Below are positions 23,686 to 37,100 of a DNA stretch of 64,000 nucleotides, piece after piece. This DNA comes from Ministeria vibrans ATCC 50519. Lineage: Eukaryota > Protista > Filasterea. Each line of letters begins with the position of its first letter. Position 1 is the stretch's first letter. A program made the translations under genes and the position numbers. The DNA is taken from assembly GCA_943704425.1 (NCBI GenBank), contig CALSCP010001345.1, forward strand, positions 74,567 through 138,566. The letters are read 5' to 3'. The notes beneath the pieces were generated by a model that did no database searches, was not told the origin of the DNA, and saw only the letters and a program-made list of their open reading frames with translations.

Positions 23686-26137
23686 TTAAGTGGTAGGATC
23701 GTGTTTGGCGAGAACCTCGGGAGGGAAGGCATAGCCGCCGTTGCCATGCCACAGGCTGATAGGCTCGGGGCAGGACCAGTAAGCTTCCTTACGCGACTCA
23801 TAGCCATGCTCATACCACCATGTGCACAGCTGATAGTCACAAATGTACAGCACAGGAAAAGAAAATAATAGGGTGGGTGAGAGAGTGTCAGTGAGTGTAC
23901 AGATATATAAAAAGTGAAAGAAGTGACATAAGCAAAAATCGACAGTTGACAAAGAGTAAACTGCGTCAGTTGCATGAGTTTGATTAAACAACATCTCAGA
24001 CAGGGAGAGATACACAATTGAAAGTGAGATTGAAAAAACTCAAACTAATAAAACCAATCGAAAACGCACACCCTACTCAAAACAAACTCTCCAAAAAAAA
24101 AGGTAATACAAAAGATAAATAGTTCTTAATGTTATTCTTACCTGTCTGTTCCACTGACACGGAAGAACATAAAACAAATGTTCCTAACACACACAAACAA
24201 AAGAATATCAGAATTGTTTTGAAACGACTCGTTTCATTGATCTATTACGTGTTCAAATGACATTAGAGTGTATAAATCCTGATCGCCCAAATGTCCCTTG
24301 AATGAGTATTTCTCAGCCAACTAAAAGAAAATGAAAAGATTAATCAATATCACCATTGTGTTTCAAAGATGAAAAAGAGTGATTGACAGTGAGTGAAACT
24401 GCTTGATTGAAAATGACACTTTACCTGACCCAAATAGGGTCCGTCAATGACCGATTTGTAGAGCTCTGTTGTGCGCATTCTGTCCAACCGCATAAGCATC
24501 ACTCCACTATTGAATCCTGCACAATAGATAATAGTTTTACAAGAGCTCAATTTAACTCTCTCGCGACTCAAGTCAGTGTGACCAAAGTGAGTGTCTGTCT
24601 GTGTCGTACCAGTCAGTCCGTCTGGAGGAGCTGCACCCACTCGCGTCACTTTGTTCTCACTGCGCCACTTCCACGTGTTATGGTAGTACACTAACATAAT
24701 AATAATAAGAATAATTAGAAAAATAATGAGGGAAAATAATAAAAATAATAAAAAGATGAGAAAAGTATAATCGGTGTAACCTTAATCACAAACAAGTACA
24801 TCCCCAAAACAACTTACACACTACACACTAAACCTCACAACGCGACATGAGCCACCCGCCTATATTAACCCTAACCCTCACCTGGCTGCTGATCGTGCGC
24901 AATAGCCATCAGCGCACTCTCTCCCATCTTCCCATAGTACTCCACCAAATGCCGCATATCATCGGCAACCACAATATCACTATCCATTGCAACCAAATGC
25001 GTCAACTCTGGAAAAATCTTATGCGCAACCTAAATGACACCAAAACATTCAATCACATGACAATATTACTCTCCCCCATTTGACGTACGGGAGCCAAAAA
25101 GAAAATGGCCTGAGCATAATAAGCACCGCTTCCCGACGAGAAGTGACCGCGCATTCCCTCAATGTGGGGCATCACTTTGTCGGCCATTTCGTTGTCCATA
25201 TAGGTTGAAAGCTAAACACACACACGCAGAGAAGAAGAAAAATAGTGAAAGTAAGTCTGTTGTGTGCATTGCGATGGATTTTTACCTGGATTGATTTTGA
25301 AGGGTATGATTTGGGGTTGATTGCAGCTTGAACAAGAAATTCGCTGTTCTTGTCGGTGACGACGTGGAAGTGGATGGGAATGGTTGTGTAGCGCAGGATG
25401 GTGCGGATGCAACGGGCAAATTGCTCTTTGCGCTTGAAGTTGTTGTGCGCCTTGGTGAGAATCATCAGCAGGTCCATTTGCGATGGGATTGCCGATGGTC
25501 CACTCTCCTGTGTGTGGGAAAAAAAAAATTGTGTGATGAGGTTTTTTTGTGGGTGCACAAACAACAATGGCTTACTTTAGTGGACAGTTGGACGTGAGGA
25601 ATCGCAATCTGAGCTGCTTTTGGTGCTTGCGGTGGTGGTGGGGGCGGTGGGGGCGCAACCTTGACGGGNNNNNNNNNNGGGGGCGGTGGGGGCGGCGGTG
25701 GAGGGGCCGGCGGTGCGCGCACGGGGTCGTGAGGGCGCGTACCGGGCGAATGGCGCTGGCGCTCAAGCCTGCAAACACAGATAGTGCGTGTGTGAGAGTG
25801 TGAGGGCAATTTTAAGGCACTCGGAGAGCCCCCCAGGCCCCGCCCGCAGGCACGCCGATGGTGCAATGAGCAGTGCTAGCCACACAGGGAGAAGGACGCA
25901 CAGAAGCGATGTGCCGCAATGGCCAAACGACCAATCGATTTCAAAACGAAGAACAGAAAAAAAAAAAAAAAAAAAAAAAAAGAGCGCTTACTCTTGTTTG
26001 ACGACATGAGGAGAAACTGGGGGTGCAGGCATCGGGGGTGGGCCGTCGCCTTGATTCTCTGCCCACTGGCCGTACGCCAGAAAGCAAAAGATGAGAAAGA
26101 GAGCGACTTCACTGACGCGACGAAGAGTCACTCGCAT
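23686..26137 (-). CDS. XXYLT1: Xyloside xylosyltransferase 1 (GT8), type II membrane protein with a Pro-rich stem
   Basis: N-terminal anchor MRVTLRRVSEVALFLIFCFLAYG. Spliced catalytic motifs HFSSGSGAYY..AIFFL, DSD (DxD), QPVYYH..W.WR.EN..TRVG, GFNSGVML, KYSFKGHLGDQD, WNRQLCTWW and HGN closely match recalled human XXYLT1. Confidence 0.92.
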
Positions 26138-26302
26138 GACGCACTCTCAGACACCCACAGAAGTCACACACACACAGCCGACGCAGACGATCCACGCACT
26201 CAGACAAAATGAGTAAATTAATAATATTTTGTTATATGAAATATGATATGAAATATGATTTGATTTCTAAATCTAAAATGAATTTATTTTTTTGCTTGAA
26301 AG

Positions 26303-27510
26303 ATGTTCACTTTAGCGAAGAAGAACATCATTGTGACGGGAGGCACCAAGGGGATTGGGCGTGCAGTCGCAGAGGAGTGCGTGGCGGCGGGTGCAAGTGT
26401 GCTGATCACCGCACGCACTGAAAGTGATCTTGTCGCCTTCACTCAGCTACTCAGCGCCCGAGCCGTCCACGGCCAGCGTGTGTTTGGGCTTGCAGTTGAT
26501 TCCGCCGACAAGGACTCCGCCGCAACCATTGTGGCGGCCGCAAGAACACATTTTGATTCTGTTGGTAATTCAACTCATCCTTAGCACAAACTAAGCACTA
26601 ATCGCACTCACACTCACATACGTACGCACACACATACGTACACACACTTACACGTACACACACACACACACATACTCACTCACTCACTCACTCACACACA
26701 CTCACTCTCACTCGCTCACTCACACACTCACTCACTCACTCACTCACTCACTCACTCTCTTATATCACACACACATACATACATTTCATCAAACAGAACA
26801 AGCTACACGACACCTTTAAACTAAACACTTCTCATCACTCGTTCGCTTGCGTAGTTCATGGACTCGTCAACAATGTCGGAACCAACATCCGCAAACCCGC
26901 CATTGAATACTCCGCCGAAGAGACCGCCTCTCTCATGTCAACGAATCTGCTCAACTCAGCCTTCCAGCTGTCCACCGCGCTCCACCCGCTTCTCTGTGCC
27001 GCCAATGGTGCCTCGGTGGTCAACATCAGCTCAGTCGCAAGTCTCTACCCAATGACAACCGGCATTGTCTATGCCATGTCCAAAGCCGCACTCAATCAAG
27101 TCAGAACACCTTCATTGTTCATCCACTCTTAATCGACTCTAACACAATCAGATGACACGAAACCTCTCACTGGAATGGGCGCGCGACCAAATTCGCGTCA
27201 ATTGCATTGCTCCCTGGTACATCAAAACTCCTCTTGTCGAACCAGTCCTTTCCAACGAAGACTACCTCAAAAAAGGTATTGCTTCCTCTCTCCCTCAAAA
27301 CGAAATACCCCACAAGACAACGTCCAGAACGGTTCTGATTGGTCCGCTGGTATAGTGTTGCGTCGAACGCCAATGGGCCGAGTTGGAGAGACGCGCGAAG
27401 TGGCTGGGCCAGTGTGCTTTCTGCTCATGCCCGCGGCGCAGTACACGACGGGCCAGGTCATTGCAGTCGACGGCGGTTTCACCTGTTGCGGCTTTGACCA
27501 CAACTCATAA
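26303..27510 (+). CDS. Tropinone-reductase-like short-chain dehydrogenase/reductase
   Basis: Four exons. Motifs [24 protein letters not shown] (catalytic YxxxK), [20 protein letters not shown] and [10 protein letters not shown]. Confidence 0.93.
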
Positions 27511-27672
27511 AAGTCACTTTGTTTTTTTTATTGTGACTTCTTCTTTCGTAATAGTTATTATGGTGTTGTGCAAGTCGGTTGTGATCGTGAAGACAAAATC
27601 GTTTATTGGTGTTCTCTTAAATTAATTGCCATTGTTTCATCATCAGTAAGATAGTGTTTCGTCACTGTTTTC

Positions 27673-27972
<300 letters not shown>

Positions 27973-28196
27973 TTGGTTTGTTTTTGTCAAAGTGAGAGAG
28001 TAAATGAGATTGCGATCGCCCCACTTTGCAATTTCTGAAACCGAGAATCAAAAAGCGCGAAATGTCAAATCGCAAGTCAACTTTGAGAAACCTGAAACCG
28101 TCGAGATGAAAACATATGCAAATGCCCTTGAGTGACTTTCTTTCGGGATCATCCCATTATTATTGAAACAGAATACACTAACCATTATTAATTTAT

Positions 28197-31100
28197 TCAA
28201 AGATCCACGTCATCCAAATCGGGTGGACCGTCCTCTTCCATCTCAGCCAAGTCGGGCGGGCCACTCTCTTCTGAGTCTTTTTCGTCTGCCTTGCACCCTC
28301 CTGCTTCTTCCAATGGCACCCCTCCAAGTACATCAGCGTCCACACTCGCAACCGAACTCCAAGACGACACACTCGCACTGCGCATAAACTGTCGCGCATC
28401 CGCACTCACATCTGACGCATCTTCGAACTCAATATTGTTCATAAACGATCGACGCGATCCAATGCTGCTGGACGCAGACGGACGCCGAGGCCGACGCACA
28501 GCCTCAGCGAGAGAGGCGGGCATGCGAGGGGCCGTCTTGCAGACAGGCGGACTGGCACTGGCGACTGCAGATGGTGGGGGCGTGGACAGTGAGCCGGGTG
28601 TCCTTGAGGCAGACGCCGCAGGTGATGGAGGCAGGAGGGGCGGTGTGTTGGGTGGGAGTGAAGGGACTGTCAAAGGTGGTGGGGGCAGAGAGGCAGGTGG
28701 AGCGGAAAGGGATGGGGGTAAGGCAGGCGGAACACTCGTCACAGGCGCAAATAGTGGCACAGTCAATCGCACAGGCGGTACACTTGATGGCACAGGCGGT
28801 ACACTTGATGGCACAGGTGGCACACTATCTGGAACAGGTGGCAGACTGACTGGCCGCACAGAGGACACACGTAATGGCGCACTCACTGGCACTGGAACCG
28901 GTACTGGCAATACTCGTTGACACGCCTCCAGTTGAATTTTCCACTCCGACGCCTCTTCGAGTGCCAACCCGTCCAAATCAACACCACTCCTCATCTCGCT
29001 GCTCTTCCGCCTCAAACTCAACTCCTCGTTACCAAACGAGATCGATTGCGTTCTCCTGCACAGTCTCTCCTCCTCCTTTACCTTCCACTCCTCCAGCGCC
29101 CCACTCAGTCGCTTCTTTCCCTTCAACTCACTCCCCGACATCACCAAGGTCTCCCCTTCGTCTCCGCCAGACCTCCACTTCACCAACACTTTCTCACACT
29201 CCTTCCAATCACCCCTCCCGCTGCTTTCCCCGCCAATCCTCTTTCCTTCTTTCATCCCGCGTTGCTCACTCAACCGCATCGCCGCCTCAGCCCGTCGCGA
29301 CGTCGCCTCCACCAGCTCCCTTTGCACTCGCCTTTCATCATCTTTTCCTTCCTCCATCCCTCTTGTCCCGTCGCTCTCCATTCGTGACAACTCCCGTCGC
29401 AACCCAATCCCACTCCACGCTTCTTCTGTTTTCTCCGCCTCCTCTCCCTCTCCCTCATCCTTATCTCTCTCCTCCTCCATCTTCCTCCGAAGCACAGCAC
29501 TTCGTTCATTCAACTCCCCAATCACTCGCAGAGTCGCCTCCTCCATTCCTTCCCTCCCATCACTCACACTCAAGACAACGCTCACCGTCCCCTCCTCCTC
29601 CTCTTCCTCCTCCTTTTCATCATCAACTTCTAATAATCCTCCATCCTCACTCTTCAATTCCAACTCCAACTCGACGTCACTATCACTAGTGCTGGTCGCC
29701 ACGTCAAACGTACCCCCGCCCGAATCACACCCAAAAGCACGGCGCGTAAACTTTTCATAGTCCAATCGTCCGTCAACATCACAGTCCATCCGTTCCACAC
29801 AATACCGCACAGCCTCCTCATCCCCTTCAAGCATCGCCAACAGTCGCTTCCGCGTCAACATTCGCATCTTCTCCCCGCGTAGCAGCTCCCGAAACCCATC
29901 CAAAACCACCCCCATCGAATCCACCCGCTCCATCTCCCGTCGCACCACGCACTGCATGTACTCACCGCGTCCCAACGTGCCTCGTCGTGCCCCTGCCAAC
30001 TCAAACATCGACTCACACTCCCCCTGCTCATCATCAAATCGATAGCCCAGCGACTGCAGTGCCCCGCGAAACTCTCGCAGTGTCAGTCGTCCCAGCTGCG
30101 CACGATCAAAGTAGCTGAATGCCCGTGATATCTCCTCCAGTCGCTCGTCGCTCACCCCGTGCTTCCCTCGTGCTTCCTCTTGCTCACGCACTACCAACTC
30201 CATTTGAACCAGCAGTGCCTCGGCCGCACGCCACGCCCGATGCAGCGACTCTACCGTCTGCGTCGTGTACACCCCACCGCCACTCTCGTGCTCCCGCATC
30301 GCACTCTCCAACGCACACACTCCTTCCAGTGCCGCTCGTTCTCCCTCTAGCTCTCCTTTCAGCTCTTCCACCACCATCAACTGCTCGTCGAGTTTTCGTA
30401 CCGCCACACTTGCCCGCCCCACTCGCTGACTAAACGCCGACAGCCACGCCGCAAGACGATCCGCCGCCGCCGCATACTCCCGACTCGCCAGCTCACTCTC
30501 CTCCAAGTCGTCCAGACGAAACTCCAGCCGTACTACCGCACTCTTCAACAGCGTCTCAAGCTCATCAAACCGCCCCACTACCACGTCCCACTCGGCAGTG
30601 TACGTCGCCCGTCGTCCACCCACCTCCCCACGCAGAGCCTCCAGCCGCGCTATCCGCTCTTCCACCTCCCCAATTGTACTTATCGCCTCACGCTCGCACA
30701 ACGCCTCCATCTCATCCTCCATACCATCAAGCCATCCCAACAGTGCACTGCGCTCCCCCTCATTCTCCCGCGCTGTCTTTTCCTGCGCCACACGCAGTGC
30801 CCTCTCCGTTCCAATGTGTTCCAGCTCCGCTGTAAGCTCAGTTAAATACTCATGTATGCTTGCACAATGTCGCTCCGGCAACGCCTCCTCCTCCTCCTCC
30901 TCTTGCTCCTTCCCCAAACGCAACAGTTGCGTTCCTTCCTCCACAAGCGCCACACACTCTGCCTCGCAATCATCTGCGTCGCGCTGGCTAACTTCCGCCT
31001 CTTCAACACTCCATCCTAAAAGTTCTTCCGCCTGCAACTGCCATTCGTCTGCCACTTCAATACGCTCTCGCACACGATCTTCCCGCTGACGCTCGGCCAC

Positions 31101-34100
31101 ACGCTGCTCTGCCTGTGACAGCAACTGCTCCAGCAACGCATGCGCCTCCGTCACACGTTCCACCACCACTTCTCGTAGCGCCCACTGCGCCATGCGCACC
31201 GCCAGCTGTTCACGCACCGTCTTAAGCGTCTCCGCATCGTCCATTGGCTGACCCATCGTCTCGCGCGCCCACTTTGCTTCTGCGTCGCACTCGCGCCGCA
31301 ACTGTCGCTCCCGCTCGCTCTCTGCTCGCTCTCGTTCAACCCGCTCTCGCAAAACCCGAATTGACGCACACAGCGATTGCACGCGTGCTCCTTCCGCCTG
31401 CACTGCCTCTGAACAGCCTTCGGCCACAATCGCGTCACGCTCGGCCATCTCTGCGCGCTCCACCAGCACACGCAGACACTCTTCGCCCCGCTCGTCAATC
31501 ATTCCGTTTGCCACCTGATCGTGCAACTCGTAGTAGTATCGCGTGAGAGTGTTCTCGTGTGCCCGCACGCGTGCCGACACTTCTCCTTCATGCTCGCGCG
31601 CACTCAGCTGTTCTCGATGAATTGCAATTTCGTGTCGCAGCGCAGCTACAGCCGCCTCTGCCTCGTTTCCTTGCACTCCATACTCCAACTCACCCAGTCG
31701 CGTCTCGAGCTCACTCGTCACCCGATCCAACTGCACCACTGCCCCTCCATTGCCCAGTTCCGCGTGCGGCGCCACAAGCAACTCCGCACGCGCATCCGAA
31801 AGCCACAATTGAAACTCCTGTGCCTCCGCGTCCATCACCTCCTCGGTCCGTCGCTCGTCAATACGATCCAGCTCTTCGTCGCACAATTTCTCCAGGTGCG
31901 TCCACGCATCCAACACGCGTCCCACAAGTTCATCGGCCGCCGCACTACCCACATGCGTTGCATCTGCTGGCTCCATCTTCTCCGTGTACGCTGCAACATA
32001 CCGTCGAATAGTTGCCAATGACGTGCCCTTGTGCGACAGAACGTACTCTACATGCTCAGCACGCGCCTGTAAGTCCCCATGCCCCGCCATCAGTGCCCCC
32101 TCCTGACTTTGCGTCCACTTCAGAACCCCTTCACACTCGTCACGCAGTCGCTCCCATCGCTGTCGCCCTTCCAGCCGTACCTCTATATCTCCCATTCTTC
32201 TCTTGACCGCCTCCAGTCGCGCACGCACCCGTCGCACGCGTGCGTCGTCCACCGCATCACGCTCCAGCTCGTCGCACGCAATCTCCGCCGCACGCATTTC
32301 GGTTGCGTACTCCTCACGATGCGCTCGCAATCGCAACTCGGTCGACTCCGTTGACGGGTCCGTCTCGTCCTCTTGCACATACCGCTCCAATCGTGCACTC
32401 ATCGACAGTTCCAATTGCTCGAAACGACCATTGACAATCACACGTCGCTGGCATACACGCAATCGCTCCACAGCACTCTCCCACGCCTTTCGTGTGCACA
32501 CACGTTGCGCGCGTAGTTGTTCCATCAAAGCCACACTCGTCCCGCCTGATCCGCCCTCTTCTCCTTCAACCACTTGCACTGTATTCGCCTGGAACAGCTC
32601 CGTGGCCTGTCTCTCAAGCGACCCAATGACACGCGCGTGCGCCTCAAGGTCACGTGCCATCTCGACGACACTCTCCTCGTCGTTGACAGCACGCTCGCTG
32701 TCGCGTTCCATTGTCTCCCGCAGCTCCAAAAACGCATCCAGTACAGTTTCCACTTGCTTGTGCAGTGCCAGTCGCTCTCGTTCACACATAATGTCCGTCG
32801 CAAACTGAGCTAAACGACCACGCACCGCCCGATCGCGTCCCAACAGTTGCACATGCAGTGGCTCAGGCAGTGCCTGCAGTGCGACATCTACTTGTCGCTC
32901 CAGCTCACGATGCACACGCTCAATGCTCGCCAGTGGCTCGGTACCCGCTCCTTGCACCGCAGCGTGTGTCAACACGTGTGGCACACTTGCATCGACCGTC
33001 ATGAGCTGCTCAAGACACTGACTAACCACGTGTCGCTGCCGACGCAGCTCTCGACGATCTCGGTTCTGCTCCCGCACCTGCGCAAGTCCCGTCTCAACCA
33101 GCGCCAGACGGGCACTTAGCACCTCTACATCCACCGCTGACGTACCCTCATTTGTACACAATGCACTCAACTGCTCGCGTGTCATCGCCGCATCCACTAG
33201 GCTATTCTCAACCTCTGCCTCTTCTTCTTCTTCCTCCTCCTCCTCCTCCTCCTCTTCGTCTTGCCCATTTTCACCTTCGAGTTCGGATATAAGTGCCCCA
33301 TTAGTGTGCACCAGACGATTCAGAGTCTCTTCAAGCAGACCCACTCGCTCTGCAAGCGACTCCAGTACTTCCATAGCTTCCACATGCGCCACGACCCGCT
33401 CCACTTCTTTCTTGACACACTCCAGCGATTCCGTCACGCGCACTCGTTCGGCGCGCACAAACGCATCGTCACTCAACGTCTCGATTGACGACAGCTTGCT
33501 CTCCACCTCCACTGCGACTGTGCGCGCCCGAGCAACCCCATCGCGATCCACTTCCTGCAGACAAGCTCGCATGCGCGCCACTCCATGACTCGCCTCCTCC
33601 AGTACTTGTTTCTGCCGTCGCACCACCTGAGCTCGCTCCATCTGTGCCTGAGTTTCCAACAGTGTTGCTTCCAACTGTACCACACTCTGCTCGAGATCTT
33701 CGTACGCATAGCTCACTTGCTGAAGTGGAGTGTCCCGCCACGCAGAGGGCACATACATCATGGCGGCCGCTTCCATCGCCTCCAGATCACTGCGACGCCC
33801 GTGCACGGTGCTCACCAACATGGTCACTCGGTCCACCACGGCGAGACCTTCCTCCTCCGACGTGTCCACCACTATCCCCAACTGCACGACGCAGGACGCC
33901 ACGGTGACTCGCTGTGCCTCACACCACTCGCGCAGCCTCTCTAGCTCACACAGCCACTCCACGTGTGACCGCACTTGCGCGACAGCACTCACTGCCGCCC
34001 GTATCACTCTTTCCAGCAACTGCCATGCCTCGTGTAGCCGCACCATCCGCTCCATTGTAACCGTGACATCCCTGGTGGTCGCAGGGGCATCATTCGCTAA

Positions 34101-37100
34101 AATGTGCGCCGCACGCTTGCGCAGTCCCTCCAAACGTTGGCTCTTACAGTGGCCCAGCGTTTGTTGGAGCAACGCAAGAGTCTGTTGTTGCTCGCGTACA
34201 TTTGCAAGTTCCTCTTCCATGTCGACAAGAGTGCGCATGGCCGCCACAGCCGAGTGTGTTGCCACCACCGGCACGCTTTCCAGGTGGCGCCGCAGCCACG
34301 ACTGCAGTGCCGCCACATCTACTGCAAGCTGCTGTGCCTCACTGCGCCATGCCAACATGTGTTGCACCTCCGTCACGCGCACACTCAGTGGATGCGCGTC
34401 ACCCAACACCAATGGTCGAATCTCATGGTCCATCAGCAACGCCAGCTCCCGCTGCAACTGCTGCACACCATCCACACTCTCGAGAGACTCGGCCACAGTC
34501 TGAATGCTGGAAACACGCGCTATCAAATGATTGGCAGTCGTCTCGGTGCGCCACTGCTGTTCACGCTCCCTCAGCCTGCCAATGTACACACGCAGCGAAC
34601 TTTTCAGAGAGTCGCGCGCGGTGACTGTCATGTCACGCAGCTGTGTCCACTCTTCGTGTGCGCGCGCGACAGCACGCTCGTCAGCAAACAATCCCATTTG
34701 AAGTCGTCGTTGCCTGTCAAAACACTCCTCGAGCTGCACGGCCTCGACGCGCCTTAATCGTTCCTGAGCACCCTCTAAAGTGTCATTGCATGCCTCCTCG
34801 CGCGACACCTGCTCCTCAGCCAAACGCGCCAGAGTGTGTCCCGCCTGCTCAAGCACACGTCGCTGCACTGCCGCCTCGTGCAGAAACACAGCAACCGCAT
34901 GCTCGTGCGCTGCACAATCTGCCTGACGACGAGCACAATCGCACACACGCGTCCACAGCTCTTCCAGTTCGGTCATAACACGCGACGCCAAAGCATTGCC
35001 ACTGGTCACAAGGGTGCGTGATACGCGTCGCAGCTCCTTCATGCGCTCCTGCTCCTCCACCATCACATTGCGCTCGTGAAATTCGCGAAAGCGACGTTCG
35101 TTCACACTCGCTTGGTGCACCGACGCAGCACTTAGCTCCATACTCGCTAGCGTCTCGAGGTCGGCGAGACGCAATCGAGCGCGTCGAGCGTCGCGCTGAA
35201 ACGTGTGCCACGCCACTGTGCTCTCGAGGCGCACGAGCGCCTCGTCCAGCTGATCGCGGGTCTCCGCAACGCGCTGTCGCTCCCCATCCACACACTCAAG
35301 CTGTCGTGCGAGTCGTGTGAGTTCCTGGCCTGCCTGACGCACATCTGTCGCCGCATTGCGCAACACAATCAGATTCTGAGTCTCGTCCGCATTGTGAAGC
35401 AGTTGTGTTGCACGCTCCAGACGCTCTGTGGCACACGCGAGCCACCACGAGAGTTGTGCGTGGGTGGCAGCGCCACTGTCCAACCCCAAAGCAGCTTCAC
35501 GATACGACGCGCGTCTTGTGTGAGCGTCCAGTCGTCGCACCACCTTGCCCATGTACGCCTGCGTGGCGCGTCCACTCTCAATCAATGCCCAGGGGTCCTC
35601 GCCCAGTGCTTCGCCCACTGCACACAACTGCTCTTGCAACTGGTGCAGTTTGTCGTGCAGCAGCGCACGGTCCTCTTCCAGCGGATCCACTCCAGTCGTA
35701 TTTGCGCCGGCCGTCGCACTTGACAGCGTCAGTTGAAGTCGCTCGGAACAGGTGCGCACACGAAACAGTGCCACAATGCCGGTGAGATGCTGTAAACGCA
35801 CGTACGCCTTGGTCTTGAGCTCACCAAACTCACGCACCATTTCGTCGTGTCGCGAGCGCAACTGATCACCGTGAGAGCGCACAAAGAAGACGGAAAACCC
35901 CGTGAGCATTGCGGACGCCCGTGCGCCCAACTCATTGACCGAGTCCATCTTGAGCATGACACTTGCCTCTAGTCCCCGATGGTGCTCCAGCAGATCCTCG
36001 TTGGCCACTTGGTCCGCACCGTACGCCGTCGACTGCAGCAGCGAGTCCATCTCGTGGATCCATGCCATGAGTGCGTCAGCGTCCTGGAGCCACCCGACCA
36101 ACTTTGACATCTGCTTCAGCACATTGCTCTTGCCACGTGCCGCAATCTGATTGTGCTCCAGGTAGCGCTTGACCTTGATCAAGAGCTCGGCAGTGCTGCT
36201 GCGCTCAGCTTCTTTGTGACTGCTGGCAGGCAACGCCAGCAACTCGCGCCAACGTGTCTCGTGTGCGGCGAGGGCCGCGCACAGGGCCGCGTGACCCTGC
36301 TCCGTAACGGAGAGTGTCTCAAGCGCGTTGCGATACGAGTTGTCGCCAAGTTCGCCCGACATGGAAACCAGCTCATCGAGGAGCGCCCACAGGTCCTCTT
36401 CAAAAAGCCACACGTCCTGAAGTCGCGTGAGTGCCTCTGTTTGTTGCTCAAGCAGATTTGCAAGTTCGTCGAGTGCACTCAGTGTGGGCTGCATGTAAGC
36501 GTGTACTGCAACGGGCGCCTGCAGCAGCTTGTGCAATGTCGCGCGTCGTGTGTTCACCTGATCCTCGAACGTGGTGAGCTCCGTCAAACGCACGCGTGTT
36601 TCTTCCACACTCTCACAGCCGTGCGGCCCGATGGCACGCACACTCTCCAGTGACATGCGAAGCCAAGCAAGGTGCGAGTCACAGTCGTGTGTCCACTGCT
36701 CGCGTTCGTGTCGTGTGTGCAAGTGTGCTTGCACCTCCGCCGCAGTCGTCTTGATTGTCGCCAGCGCAGTGCGCAGTCGCGGGTCTTCTTCAGTTGTATC
36801 CGCACGCGCAAGAGCATCGCTCTCAATCTCCTTGACAATCGCTCCAAGATCGTCTCCCTCCGCGGTGCACAAAGCCTCGAGCCGGTCCGTCAGACCTTGC
36901 AGGTGGCGCAAGTCATTGACAATGCGCTGCTCACGCAACGTCGCCTCGCGCGCCACCTGCTCACTGCGCAACGCCTCAATGGCACACGTGTGGCACTCGT
37001 TGTAGTACGCCGAGAGAGCCACATTGTCCAGGTGACGCACAATCTTCGATAGGTCCTCGAGACGTTGCACACGCGACGACAATGTAGACACTGTCGTTTG

